Below are positions 42,951 through 52,537 of a stretch of 64,000 bases of DNA, in pieces. Origin of the DNA: an uncultured Kiritimatiellota bacterium (GTDB lineage: Bacteria; Verrucomicrobiota; Kiritimatiellia; RFP12; DVOR01); NCBI GenBank assembly GCA_944391085.1, contig CALXSE010000011.1:4012-68011 (forward strand), written 5' to 3'. Position 1 is the stretch's first letter. Every line of letters starts with the position of its first letter. A program made the translations under genes and the position numbers. The notes beneath the pieces are model-generated. The model ran no database searches, was not told the DNA's origin, and saw only the letters and a program-made list of their open reading frames with translations.

Positions 42951-44774
42951 ATGGCCAAGAACCCCGCCGATTACACCGCCGACAGCATCAAGACGCTCGA
43001 CCCGATGGAGCACATCCGCCTGCGCACGGGGATGTACATCGGGCGCAAGGGCGACGGCGCGCAGTATGAGGACGGCATCTATATCCTGCTCAAGGAGGTG
43101 CTGGACAACGCGATCGACGAGTTCATCATGGGCTTCGGCAAGCGCATCGTGGTGAAGCTGGACTACGCGACGGGCGAGGTCGCGATACGCGACTACGGGC
43201 GCGGCATCCCGCTGGAGAAGGTCGTCGCCTGCGTGAGTGAGATGAACACGGGCGGGAAGTACAACGACGACGTCTTCCAGTTCTCCGTGGGCATGAACGG
43301 CGTGGGCACGAAGGCGGTGAACGCCCTCTCGGAGCGCTTCACGGTGCGCGCGACGCGCGAGGGGCGCTTCGTGGAGGCCACCTTCGCGCGCGGCAAGCTG
43401 CTGGGGCGGCAGGAAGGCGAGACCCGCGAGCGCAACGGCACCTTCATGGCCTTTCTGCCGGACGCGGAGATCTTCCCGAAGTTCGCCTTCCGCGAGGAGC
43501 ACGTGGCGCGGCGCCTGAAGATGTACGCCTACCTCAACGCCGGGCTCACCATCGAGCTCAACGGCGAGCCCATCCGCTCGGAGAACGGCCTGATGGATCT
43601 CATCGGCGCGGAGGCCGACGGCGGGCAGCTCTACGGCCCCCTCCATTTCCGCTCCAAGATGCTCGAGGTGGCCTTCACGCACACCAACCACATGGGCGAG
43701 GACTACTACACCTTCGTCAACGGCCAATATACCAACGACGGTGGCACCCACCTCACCGCCTTCAAGGAGGGCTTCCTCCGCGGCGTGCAGGAGTTCTCCA
43801 AGAAGCGCTACGACGGCGACGTGGCGCGCGACGGCATCATCGCCGCCGTCGCCATCCGCCTCAAAGACCCCGTCTTCGAGAGCCAGACCAAGAACAAGCT
43901 CGGCAACCCCGAGATCCGTGCCGCCCTCGTCGCCGAAATCAAGAAGGTCGTCGAGGACGAGCTCCACCGCCACCCCGAGGACGCCCAGCGGCTCCTCGAC
44001 AAGGTCGACGAGACCGCCAAGCTCCGCGCCGCCAGCAAAGACCTCCAGAAGACCATCCGCGAGCGCGCCAAGCAGAGCGCCGTGCGCGTGGAGGAGCTCA
44101 TCGACTGCAAGCGCCACCTCGACAAGGCCAAGGACAAGGGCGAGGACACCATGATCTTCCTGGTGGAGGGCAAATCCGCCGGCGGCACCGTCGGCACCGC
44201 CCGCGACACCCAGACCCAGGCCGTCTTCAAGCTCCGCGGCAAGCCGCTGAACGTCTGCGACCTCCGCCGCGACGCCATCTATAAGAACAAGGAGTTCTAC
44301 GACCTCGTCAAGAGCCTCGGCATCGAGCAATCCCCCGACGCCCTCCGCTACGGCAAGGTCATCCTCGCCACCGACGCCGACGTCGACGGCCTGCACATCC
44401 GCAACCTCCTCATCACCTTCTTCCTGCGCTTCTTCGACCACATCGTCAAGGACGGGCGCCTCTTCATCCTCGAGACGCCCCTCTTCCGCGTCCGCAACGC
44501 CAAGCAAAGCTTCTACTGCTACGACGACGCCGAGCGCGCGGCCGCCATCAAGGCCTGCGGCCCCAAGGCCGAGATCACCCGCTTCAAGGGCCTGGGCGAG
44601 ATCAACGCCAAGGAGTTCAAGGACTTCATCGGCGAAGGCATCCGCCTGACCCCCGTGAACGTCCATGCCGACACCCGCGTCTGGGACACCGTCCAGTTCC
44701 TCATGGGCTCCAACACCCCCGAGCGCCGCCGCTACATCTTCGACAATCTCTTCGTCGACAACACCGATTTCTGA
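42951..44774 (+). CDS. parE: type IIA topoisomerase subunit B, ParE-like (short form)
   Basis: ATG at 42951 with a GGAGGG RBS. Contains MEHIRLRTGMYIG, the GHKL block LKEVLDNAIDE, the Toprim block IFLVEGKSAGG, and ATDADVDGLHI. Confidence 0.8.
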   Translation: MAKNPADYTADSIKTLDPMEHIRLRTGMYIGRKGDGAQYEDGIYILLKEVLDNAIDEFIMGFGKRIVVKLDYATGEVAIRDYGRGIPLEKVVACVSEMNTGGKYNDDVFQFSVGMNGVGTKAVNALSERFTVRATREGRFVEATFARGKLLGRQEGETRERNGTFMAFLPDAEIFPKFAFREEHVARRLKMYAYLNAGLTIELNGEPIRSENGLMDLIGAEADGGQLYGPLHFRSKMLEVAFTHTNHMGEDYYTFVNGQYTNDGGTHLTAFKEGFLRGVQEFSKKRYDGDVARDGIIAAVAIRLKDPVFESQTKNKLGNPEIRAALVAEIKKVVEDELHRHPEDAQRLLDKVDETAKLRAASKDLQKTIRERAKQSAVRVEELIDCKRHLDKAKDKGEDTMIFLVEGKSAGGTVGTARDTQTQAVFKLRGKPLNVCDLRRDAIYKNKEFYDLVKSLGIEQSPDALRYGKVILATDADVDGLHIRNLLITFFLRFFDHIVKDGRLFILETPLFRVRNAKQSFYCYDDAERAAAIKACGPKAEITRFKGLGEINAKEFKDFIGEGIRLTPVNVHADTRVWDTVQFLMGSNTPERRRYIFDNLFVDNTDF

Positions 44775-46081
44775 TGCCCTCCCCGCGCCCACGCCTCATC
44801 GGGCTCCTGCCCGTGGCCATCCTCCTGCTCCTCTTCCTGGGCGTGGGCATTCCCTTCCGCGGGCGCGTGGACCTGCCGGCGATCGTCCCCTTCCTCGCGG
44901 CGCTGGGCGTGGCCTTCCTCCAATGCCGCAGGCACGCCTTCCACGAGCGGCTCAACGTCACCGCCCGGGCCATGGGGCAGGTCGACGTCATGGTCATGTG
45001 CCTGGTCTTCCTCCTGGCCGGGGCCTTCGCGGGGGCAGCGCAGGCCGCGGGCGCGGTCGAAAGCACCGTCAACCTGGGCCTCACGCTCCTCCCGCCCTGG
45101 GCCGCCGTCGCCGGGCTCTTCGCCCTTTCGGCGCTCGTCTCCACGGCCATGGGCACCTCGGTGGGCACCATCGTCGCCTTTACCCCCATCGCCGTCGGCA
45201 TCGCGCTCAAGGCCGGCCTCCCCGGCGCGCTCTGCGTCGGCGCGGCCGTCTGCGGGGCCATGTTCGGCGACAACCTTTCGGTCATCTCGGACACCACCAT
45301 CGCCGCCACGCGCACCCAGGGCTGCGACATGCGCGACAAGTTCCGCGAGAACCTCCGGCTCGTCTGGCCCGCCGCGCTGCTCTCGCTCCTGCTGTTCGCC
45401 GTCCTGGCCCCCGGCGGCGCGCCCCTCGGGGATGGGTTGCCCTACAGCCTCCCGCGCCTGTTGCCCTACGTCGCGGTCCTGGCCGCGGCGCTCTGCGGGG
45501 TGAACGTCGTCCTCGTGCTGGCGCTGGGCACGCTCCTGTCGCTGGGCGTGGGCATCCTCACCGGGGCGCTCCCGCCGGCCGAGGCCTTCAGGGCGGTGGG
45601 CGACGGCGTGGCGGGGATGTACGACATCACGGCCATCTCCATTGTCGTGGCGGGCGTGCTGGGGTTGGTTCGCGAAAACGGCGGAATCGACTGGCTTCTC
45701 GGCCATATCCTCCGGCGCGCCAAGGGCCGCCGCGGGGCGCAGGCCGGCATCGCCCTGCTGGTCTCGGCGGTGGACGTGGCGACCGCGAACAACACCGTCG
45801 CCATCGTCATGGCCGGCCCGGTCGTCCGCGCCGTCGCCGAACGCCACGGCGTCTCCCCGGCGCGCGCCGCCGCGCTCATCGACATCTACGCCAGCGTCTG
45901 TCAGGGCCTTCTGCCCTACGGCGCGCAGCTCCTCTACGCCGCCGCCGGGGCCACCGCGCTGGGGCTGGCGCTCACCCCGGCGCAGCTGATGCCCTGGCTC
46001 TTCTACCCCATCCTCATGGGCCTCACCGTGCCGCTCGTCCTCTTCCTGCGCGGGTTCATCCGCAGGCGCGGTGTGGTATGA
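44774..46081 (+). CDS. nhaC: Na+/H+ antiporter NhaC family protein
   Basis: 435 aa, ~11 TMs. GAMFGDNLSVISDTTIAATRTQGCDMRDKF is typical of NhaC. TGATG overlap with parE. Confidence 0.75.
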   Translation: MPSPRPRLIGLLPVAILLLLFLGVGIPFRGRVDLPAIVPFLAALGVAFLQCRRHAFHERLNVTARAMGQVDVMVMCLVFLLAGAFAGAAQAAGAVESTVNLGLTLLPPWAAVAGLFALSALVSTAMGTSVGTIVAFTPIAVGIALKAGLPGALCVGAAVCGAMFGDNLSVISDTTIAATRTQGCDMRDKFRENLRLVWPAALLSLLLFAVLAPGGAPLGDGLPYSLPRLLPYVAVLAAALCGVNVVLVLALGTLLSLGVGILTGALPPAEAFRAVGDGVAGMYDITAISIVVAGVLGLVRENGGIDWLLGHILRRAKGRRGAQAGIALLVSAVDVATANNTVAIVMAGPVVRAVAERHGVSPARAAALIDIYASVCQGLLPYGAQLLYAAAGATALGLALTPAQLMPWLFYPILMGLTVPLVLFLRGFIRRRGVV

Positions 46082-46101
46082 TAAGGGCAAAAGGAGACAG
46101 C

Positions 46102-48090
46102 ATGAAGGACAATCCCTTTCTTGACGACGGATGGATGCCGAAGTACGACGCGATGACGCCGGAGGCGTGCGCGGCGGCGATGGAGGCGGCCCTGCCGGCC
46201 GCGGCGCGCGCGTTCGAAAGCGTGGAGCGGCGGCTGGACGTGTCATGGCAGGGGTTGGTGGTGGCGCCGGCGCTGGCGTTGCGCGCGCCCTTCGAGGCCT
46301 GGGGCGCCCTTTGCCACCTGACGAGCGTGGTCAACAGCCCCGCCTGGCGCGAGCAGGAGGAGAAGTGGCAGGCGCCGATCATCGCCCTCTCCCAGCGCGC
46401 CGCGCAAAGCCGGCCGCTTTACGAAGGCCTGATGGCGCTGAAGGACGACCCCGCCCTCGCGCCCTGGCAGCGCCACGTGGTGTCGCGCCAGCTCCTGGCC
46501 ATGCGGCAGGCCGGCGTGGGCCTGCCGGCGCCCCAACGCAGGAAGCTGAACGCCGTGCAGCGCAAGCTGGCGCGCCTCTCGATGGCCTTCTCGAACAACG
46601 TCCTCGACGCCGAGCGCGAGGCGAAGGTGGAAATCGCGCCCGACGAAGCCGCCGGCATCCCCGCCGACCTCCTGCAGGGCAAGGGCCCATGGACGCTGGG
46701 CGTGGACTTCGCCACCTATGACGCGGTCATGCGCCACGCCGAGACGCCCGCCGTGCGCGAGCGCTTCTGGCGGGCGCGGGTCTCGCGCGGCGCCGTGGCG
46801 CCACACGACAACACCGCCGCCATCGACAAGATCCTGGCCCTGCGCCGGCAGGAGGCCGAGCTGCTGGGCTACGCGGACTACGCGCACCTTTCCACCGACG
46901 CAAAGATGGCCGGCCGCCCGCAGGCCGTGCTCGACCTCCTCGCGCCGATGGCCGAGGCCGGCCGCCCCGCCGCCAAGGCCGAGGACGCCGCGCTGGCCGC
47001 CTTCGCCAAGGCCCACGGGCACAAAGGCAGGCTCCAGCCCTGGGACAAAGCCTTCTGGGCCGAGCGCCTCTCGCAGGAGACCTTCGGCTACGACGAGGAG
47101 GAACTGCGCCGCTACTTCCCGATGGAGCACGTGCTCGAAGGCCTCTTCGCCCTCATCGACCGGCTCTTCGGCGTGCGCGTCGAACGCCAGGCCGGCGCGC
47201 TCCACGCCTGGCACAGGGACGTGCGCTTCTACCGCCTCTACGAGGGCGGCGAACTCATCGCCGGCCTCTACCTCGACCCCTATGCCCGCCCCGGCACCAA
47301 GAACGGCGGCGCCTGGATGAACGAGATCCGCGGGCGCGACTTCGAGACCCGCCGGCAGCTGCCCATCGCCGTCGTCTGCTGCAACCAGAAGCCCCCGCGC
47401 GGCAAAGCCCCCGCCACCATGAGCTTCTACGAGGTCGCCACCCTCTTCCACGAGGTCGGCCACGCCCTCCAGGAGACCCTCACGCGCGTCGACTCCCCCA
47501 CCTGCTCAGGCATCAGCAACGTCGAGTGGGACGCGGTGGAGATCGCCTCGCAGTTCCTTGAGCAGTTCCCCTACGAGCCCGCCCTCCTGCGCGGCCTCTC
47601 CCGGCACGTCGAGACCGGCAAGCCCCTGCCGCCCGCCCTCGCCGCGCGCGTCGTCTCCAAACGCACCTACCGCGCCGGGAACGCCCTCGTGCGCCAGCTC
47701 CTCTTCGCCGAGACCGACCTGGCGCTCCACGCCAAGGGCTTCCCCCGCAAGGGCGACACGCCCCTCGCCCTCCTGCGCCGCACGGCCCGGCGCCTCATCC
47801 CCGGCGGCCTGCACGAGGACGACCGCTTCCTCAACGCCTTCACCCACATCTTCTCCGGCGGGTACGCCGCGGGCTACTACTCCTACAAATGGAGCGAGAC
47901 CCTCTCCGCGGACATCTACGCCCGTTTCCAGGGCGCCACCGCCGCCCAACGCCGCAAGCTCGGCCGCCGCGTCCGCGAGACCCTCTTCGCCCTCGGCGGC
48001 TCCGCCCCCGCCGCGCAGGTCTTCCGCGACCTCATGGGGCGCGACCCTGACGCCTCCGCCATCCTCCGCCTGGAGGGCCTGCTGGGCTGA
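46102..48090 (+). CDS. prlC: M3 family metallopeptidase (oligopeptidase A-like)
   Basis: ATG at 46102 with an AAAGGAGA RBS. The zinc site is TLFHEVGHALQ. The C-terminal block GGYAAGYYSYKWSE is also present. Confidence 0.85.
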   Translation: MKDNPFLDDGWMPKYDAMTPEACAAAMEAALPAAARAFESVERRLDVSWQGLVVAPALALRAPFEAWGALCHLTSVVNSPAWREQEEKWQAPIIALSQRAAQSRPLYEGLMALKDDPALAPWQRHVVSRQLLAMRQAGVGLPAPQRRKLNAVQRKLARLSMAFSNNVLDAEREAKVEIAPDEAAGIPADLLQGKGPWTLGVDFATYDAVMRHAETPAVRERFWRARVSRGAVAPHDNTAAIDKILALRRQEAELLGYADYAHLSTDAKMAGRPQAVLDLLAPMAEAGRPAAKAEDAALAAFAKAHGHKGRLQPWDKAFWAERLSQETFGYDEEELRRYFPMEHVLEGLFALIDRLFGVRVERQAGALHAWHRDVRFYRLYEGGELIAGLYLDPYARPGTKNGGAWMNEIRGRDFETRRQLPIAVVCCNQKPPRGKAPATMSFYEVATLFHEVGHALQETLTRVDSPTCSGISNVEWDAVEIASQFLEQFPYEPALLRGLSRHVETGKPLPPALAARVVSKRTYRAGNALVRQLLFAETDLALHAKGFPRKGDTPLALLRRTARRLIPGGLHEDDRFLNAFTHIFSGGYAAGYYSYKWSETLSADIYARFQGATAAQRRKLGRRVRETLFALGGSAPAAQVFRDLMGRDPDASAILRLEGLLG

Positions 48091-48092
48091 CC

Positions 48093-48785
48093 GTGTTCCG
48101 GGAAATCCCATCGCCCGTGCCCGACTTCCGCGGCTTCCGCGTGCGCACCTTCCGCCAGGCGCGCGCCGCCCTGTCCGAGCGCACGCTCCGCGGGCGCGTC
48201 TTCCACTTCGTCCCCTGGAAGCGCGTGGCGGGCGTCTTCCTGCCGGCCCACGAGTTCCCCGCGGAGGCCGACGCGCTCGAGGCCGCGTGGGCCGAGGCCG
48301 GCGCGCCGCCCCCCCACCCGCCCGAACCGGGCGAGACGCTTTGCCTTGGGCAAATCCTGCGGGTGCGGCCGCTGTTCGCCGGCGCGGAGGACGCCTGGCG
48401 CGAGGGCGGCGACCTCTTCCTGGCCTATCGCCGCAAACCCGACGCCGAGACCCTCGCCGCGCGGGTCGAGGCCTTCCGCCGCGACGCGCTCCTCTCCCGG
48501 GCCCAGGCCATCTTGACGGGATGGGGCGATCGGCTCCCGCGACAGCCCACGGGGCTGACCGTTTGGCCGCGCCTCAGGAACCGGACGCTGGGGCAATGTC
48601 TGCGCACGGGCGAAATCCGCCTCAACCCGCGCCTGGCCGACTGGCCCGAGGCGATCCTCGAGGAAACGCTCGCCCACGAGGCCGCCCACCTGCTGGAATT
48701 CAACCATTCGCCCCGCTTCTGGCGGGCCCTCGGCGCGCTGCTCCCAGACTGGCTCCCGCGCTCGCTCGTCCACTACCTGGCCTGA
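48093..48785 (+). CDS. YgjP-like (DUF45/M48-related) metal-dependent hydrolase
   Basis: GTG start. The C-terminal part is LNPRLADWPEAILEETLAHEAAHLLEFNHSPRFW (HExxH). Confidence 0.7.
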   Translation: MFREIPSPVPDFRGFRVRTFRQARAALSERTLRGRVFHFVPWKRVAGVFLPAHEFPAEADALEAAWAEAGAPPPHPPEPGETLCLGQILRVRPLFAGAEDAWREGGDLFLAYRRKPDAETLAARVEAFRRDALLSRAQAILTGWGDRLPRQPTGLTVWPRLRNRTLGQCLRTGEIRLNPRLADWPEAILEETLAHEAAHLLEFNHSPRFWRALGALLPDWLPRSLVHYLA

Positions 48786-48802
48786 GCGGCGCGCCCGCCC
48801 CT

Positions 48803-50584
48803 TTAGTTGGCCTGGGCGGCGAGGGCCTCCGACTTTTCCTCGAGCGCCAGATACTGCTCGACGGCCGCGTCGAGCGCGGCCTGCACCTGGGCCAGCTCCG
48901 CCGAAAGCGCGGCGTAATCCGCGCCCGGCGCGGCGAGGGCGGCGTTGAGTTCGGCGACGCGCCCCTCCATCCCCTCGATTTCCCCCGGCAGGGTCTCCAA
49001 CAGCCGCCGCTCCTTGTAAGAGAGGCGCGTGGCGGCATTGTCGCGCCGGGGCGGCGCGGCCTTCCTCGGCTCCGCTTCGGCGGGCGCCGGGACGGGCGCG
49101 GGCTGACGGGCCAGGGCGGCCTGCCAATCGCTGTAGCCGCCGGGATAGGCGGCCACGCGCCCGTCCTCGACGACGAGCACGGAGGTGGCCACGTGGTCGA
49201 TGAAATCGCGGTCGTGCGACACCAGCAGGAGCGTGCCGGGATACGTCGCGAGCTGCTCCTCCAACAGTTCGAGCGTCTCCACGTCCAGGTCGTTGGTCGG
49301 CTCGTCCATCACCAGCAGGTTCCCGGGATTGAGGAAGAGCCGCGCCAACAGCAGGCGCGCGCGTTCGCCGCCGGAGAGGGCCTTGACGGGCGTGCGGGCG
49401 CGCTGCGGGGTGAACAGGAAATCGCCGAGATAGCCGTACAGATGCTTGCGGACGCCGCCGACGGTGACGAACTCCTTGCCTTCCGCGACGTTCTCCGCCA
49501 CGGTGGCCTCCGGGTCGAGCGCCGCGCGCAGCTGGTCGAAGAAGGCCGGCCTCACGTTCGTGCCGAGGCGCTGTTCCCCCGCCTGCGGCGTCAGCCGCCC
49601 GAGAATCAGGTTGAGCAGGGTGGACTTCCCCGCGCCGTTCCCGCCCAGGATGCCGATGCGCTCCCCGCGCAGGATGCGCAGCGACACGTCGCGCAGGACG
49701 GGCCGCGCGGGGTCATACCCAAAGGTGACGCCCTCGCAGCGGTAGACCAGGTCTCCGGCGCGCCCCTCGGCGCTGAGGGTGAGCGTGGCCTGGCCCGCCT
49801 GGGTGCGGCGCTCGGCGAACTCCCGGCGCAGCTTCATGAGCGCGGCCACGCGCCCCTCGTTGCGGCAGGTGCGGGCCTTGACGCCGCGGCGGAGCCACGC
49901 CTCCTCCTCGGTCAGCTTCTTGGCCTTGCGCTCCCAGTAGACGGCCTCGTCGGACAGCAGGTCGGCCTTGCGCCGCAAGAAGGTCTGATAATCGCAGTCC
50001 CAGCCCGAGAGGACGCCGCGGTCAAGGTCGAAGACGCTCTTGGCCACGGCCCGGAGGAAGGCGCGGTCGTGCGTGATGAACAGGCACGCGAAGGGCGCCG
50101 TGGACAGGAAGCGCTCCAGCCACTGGATGGAGGCGATGTCCAGATGGTTCGTCGGCTCGTCCAACAGCAGCAGCTGCGGCTCCCGCGCCAGGGCGCACCC
50201 CAGCAGCACGCGGCGGCGGAGCCCGCCCGAGAGCGCGTTGAACGCGGCCGCCGGCGGCAGGGAAAGGCGCGTGCAGAGCGCGTCGGCCACGTGGGCGCGC
50301 GCAGGGTCGTGCAGCTCCGCCAGCAAAATCTCGTGCACCGTGCCGGGGCGGTCGGCGGGAACGTCCTGCGGCAGGTAGGCCACGCGCGTGGCGGGCGCCT
50401 TGAGCACCTCGCCGGAATCGGGCTCGATGAGGCCGGCGATGACCTTGAGCAGGGTGGATTTGCCCTCGCCGTTGCGCCCCGTGACGCAGGCGCGCGCCCC
50501 GGGCTCGATCGAGAGCGTGATGTTCTCCAGGACGGGCGCGTTGCCGAACCCCACCGTCACGTCATGCAAAGTCACCAAAGCCAT
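48803..50584 (-). CDS. ABC-F family ATPase (Uup-like, C-terminal coiled coil)
   Basis: Internal ATG at 50584 (MALVTLHDVTVGF). Contains two NBDs (GRNGEGKST, GGNGAGKST; LSGGLRRR, LSGGERAR) and no TM domain. Confidence 0.85.
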   Translation of the reverse strand: MALVTLHDVTVGFGNAPVLENITLSIEPGARACVTGRNGEGKSTLLKVIAGLIEPDSGEVLKAPATRVAYLPQDVPADRPGTVHEILLAELHDPARAHVADALCTRLSLPPAAAFNALSGGLRRRVLLGCALAREPQLLLLDEPTNHLDIASIQWLERFLSTAPFACLFITHDRAFLRAVAKSVFDLDRGVLSGWDCDYQTFLRRKADLLSDEAVYWERKAKKLTEEEAWLRRGVKARTCRNEGRVAALMKLRREFAERRTQAGQATLTLSAEGRAGDLVYRCEGVTFGYDPARPVLRDVSLRILRGERIGILGGNGAGKSTLLNLILGRLTPQAGEQRLGTNVRPAFFDQLRAALDPEATVAENVAEGKEFVTVGGVRKHLYGYLGDFLFTPQRARTPVKALSGGERARLLLARLFLNPGNLLVMDEPTNDLDVETLELLEEQLATYPGTLLLVSHDRDFIDHVATSVLVVEDGRVAAYPGGYSDWQAALARQPAPVPAPAEAEPRKAAPPRRDNAATRLSYKERRLLETLPGEIEGMEGRVAELNAALAAPGADYAALSAELAQVQAALDAAVEQYLALEEKSEALAAQAN

Positions 50585-50593
50585 AGCGCGCGC

Positions 50594-50604
50594 ATTATAC
50601 CACA
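50594..50604 (-). promoter_or_regulatory. extended -10 (TGTGGTATAAT) 9 nt upstream of the ABC-F ATG
   Basis: Perfect TATAAT with TG. Implies a near-leaderless mRNA. Confidence 0.55.
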
Positions 50605-50742
50605 CCGCACGTGCCGGGAACCGCCGGCACCCATCGCACGGCTTGGGCGGGGGAGAACGGCCCGCGCCGGCCTTGCGGGCCTGCCACGGGACAACGCCCG
50701 CGGGGGCGGGCAGGGGGCCGCGGACGCGGCGCGCCGGGCGAA

Positions 50743-50808
50743 CCGGCAAGGGCCCAACGGGCCGCCGCTCAGGGCGGCAGAGGCTTCCGCCTCGTGAAAA
50801 CGCCTAAT
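50743..50808 (-). ncRNA. three-hairpin RNA element, copy B (upstream of the ABC-F gene)
   Basis: The minus strand reads ATTAGGCGTTTTC, then the three hairpins GAGGC-ggaa-GCCTC, GCCGC-cctga-GCGGC and GGCCC-gtt-GGGCC, then CTTGCCGG. Confidence 0.45.
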
Positions 50809-50817
50809 ATTATAGCA
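50809..50817 (-). promoter_or_regulatory. extended -10 (TGCTATAAT) driving RNA element copy B
   Basis: Perfect TATAAT with TG, immediately upstream of the conserved TTAGGCGTTTTC box. Confidence 0.55.
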
Positions 50818-50855
50818 TCCATTTCCAGGAATGCAACTCTTTTTTTTGGCGGGAT

Positions 50856-50888
50856 GAAAAAAAAGGGCCCCCGGCGGGGCCGGGGGCC
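50856..50888 (-). terminator. intrinsic terminator after rubrerythrin
   Basis: Minus strand GGCCCCCGGC-ccc-GCCGGGGGCC followed by CTTTTTTTT. Confidence 0.8.
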
Positions 50889-50912
50889 TTTGGCGTGCGC
50901 GCCGGGCGCGCC

Positions 50913-51449
50913 TCAGTAGGCGTTTTCGGGCTCAAGGGCGAAGTAGGCGCGGGGATGCTTGCAGACGGGGCACATCTCGGGGGCCTTGTCGCTGATGATG
51001 ACGGCGCCGCAGTTGAGGCACTCCCAGCGGCGCTTGCCGGTGCGGACGAAGACCTCGCCGGTCTCGACGTTCTTGGCAAGGGCGTTGTAGCGGGCCTCGT
51101 GGCGGGCCTCGACCTCGGCGACGCCGCGCATCTGGCGGGCGATGTCGTGGAAGCCCTCGGCGTCGGCCTCGTCGGCCATGCGCTTGTACATGTCGGTCCA
51201 CTCGTAGTTCTCCCCGGCGGCGGCGGCCTTGAGGTTCTCGAGGGTGTTGCCGATGCCCTGGAGGTGCTTGAACCAGAGCTTGGCATGCTCCTTTTCGTTG
51301 TTGGCGGTCTCCTCGAAGATCCTGGCGATCTGGACGTAGCCCTCCTTCTTGGCGACGGAGGCGAAGTAGGTGTACTTGTTGCGGGCCTGGGATTCGCCGG
51401 CGAAGGCTTCCATCAGGTTCTTTTCGGTTTTGCTGCCTTTGAGTTCCAT
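50913..51449 (-). CDS. rbr: rubrerythrin
   Basis: Internal ATG at 51449. The ferritin-like [13 protein letters not shown]...EEKEHA region is followed by the C-terminal rubredoxin block CLNCG...CPVC. Confidence 0.9.
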   Translation of the reverse strand: MELKGSKTEKNLMEAFAGESQARNKYTYFASVAKKEGYVQIARIFEETANNEKEHAKLWFKHLQGIGNTLENLKAAAAGENYEWTDMYKRMADEADAEGFHDIARQMRGVAEVEARHEARYNALAKNVETGEVFVRTGKRRWECLNCGAVIISDKAPEMCPVCKHPRAYFALEPENAY

Positions 51450-51482
51450 GGCACTCTCCTTGTTGGGGTTTCGAACGGGGCC

Positions 51483-51493
51483 ATTATACAAAA
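51483..51493 (-). promoter_or_regulatory. extended -10 (TTTTGTATAAT) upstream of rubrerythrin
   Basis: Perfect TATAAT. An AAGGAGAG RBS lies before the ATG at 51449. Confidence 0.6.
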
Positions 51494-51547
51494 CTCCCGG
51501 GGGAAGAGGCAAGGCCTTTTTGCAATCATTCCAAAAACATGGCCGCC

Positions 51548-52537
51548 CTAGCGGTTGCGGAGGGCGGGGTCGAAGACGTCGCGCAGGGCGTCGGCGAGGC
51601 GGTTGAAGATGAGCACCAGGAGAAAGATCGCCAGGGAGACGAAGGCGAGCTCCCACCAGATGCCCTGCCAGAGGCGGGCGCGGGCGTTGTTGATCATGAT
51701 CCCCCACGAGGGCTCGCCCTGCACGCCGATCCCGAGGAAGGAGACGAAGACCTCGGTGGCGACGCTCGCCGGGAAGCGGATGGAGAAGGAGATGAGCACG
51801 ATGTGCATCACGTTGGGCAGGATGTGCAGAAAGAGGATGCGCGGGTGCGAGTAGCCCAGGACGCGGGCGGCCTGGACGTAGGCGCGGTCGCGGTGCTTGA
51901 GCACCTCGGCGCGGATGTTTCGGCAGACGCTCACCCACGTGGTCAGCCCGATGCCCAGGTAGATGCCGAAGAGCCCCTTGCCCGCGATGAGCGCGATGGC
52001 CAGGATGAAGAGCAGCCCAGGCATGGCCGAGACGGTGGCGCACAGCCACACCACCAGGCTGTCCACCTTCCCCCCGAAGTACCCGCCCAGGCACCCGAGC
52101 AGCACGCCCAGCGGGATGGCGATGAGCGAGGTCATGACGCCGACGTGGAAGGCGATGCGCGCGCCCTGGACCAGGCGTTGGAGGACGTCCCGCCCCAGGT
52201 TGTCGGAGCCCAGCCAATACCGGTGGCGCGTCTCGGGCACGGCCGTGCCGTCGGCCAGGGTGCGGGCCGGCCACGCGGCCACCGAGAGCGGCGGCAGGTA
52301 ACGGCTCTCCAGATGCACCTGGTTGTAGGGCGGGACGCGCTCGGGGCCCCAGGTGAGGCACGCGGGCGCGCCCTCCCAGAGCGCCCCCTTGTAGTAGCGG
52401 TAGACGGCCTCGCCGTAAAGCGCGGTGAGGGTGTAGAGCGCGATGGCCACCACGCACAGGCGCGTGACCTTGTCGGCCCACAGGCGCGCCCAGGCGGAGG
52501 GGCCGCGGCGCGCGGCGGTCTCGGCGGCGGCGTTCAT
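51548..52537 (-). CDS. ABC transporter permease (DppC/OppC-like)
   Basis: Has the binding-protein-dependent transport signature region [23 protein letters not shown], and 6 TMs. Confidence 0.8.
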   Translation of the reverse strand: MNAAAETAARRGPSAWARLWADKVTRLCVVAIALYTLTALYGEAVYRYYKGALWEGAPACLTWGPERVPPYNQVHLESRYLPPLSVAAWPARTLADGTAVPETRHRYWLGSDNLGRDVLQRLVQGARIAFHVGVMTSLIAIPLGVLLGCLGGYFGGKVDSLVVWLCATVSAMPGLLFILAIALIAGKGLFGIYLGIGLTTWVSVCRNIRAEVLKHRDRAYVQAARVLGYSHPRILFLHILPNVMHIVLISFSIRFPASVATEVFVSFLGIGVQGEPSWGIMINNARARLWQGIWWELAFVSLAIFLLVLIFNRLADALRDVFDPALRNR

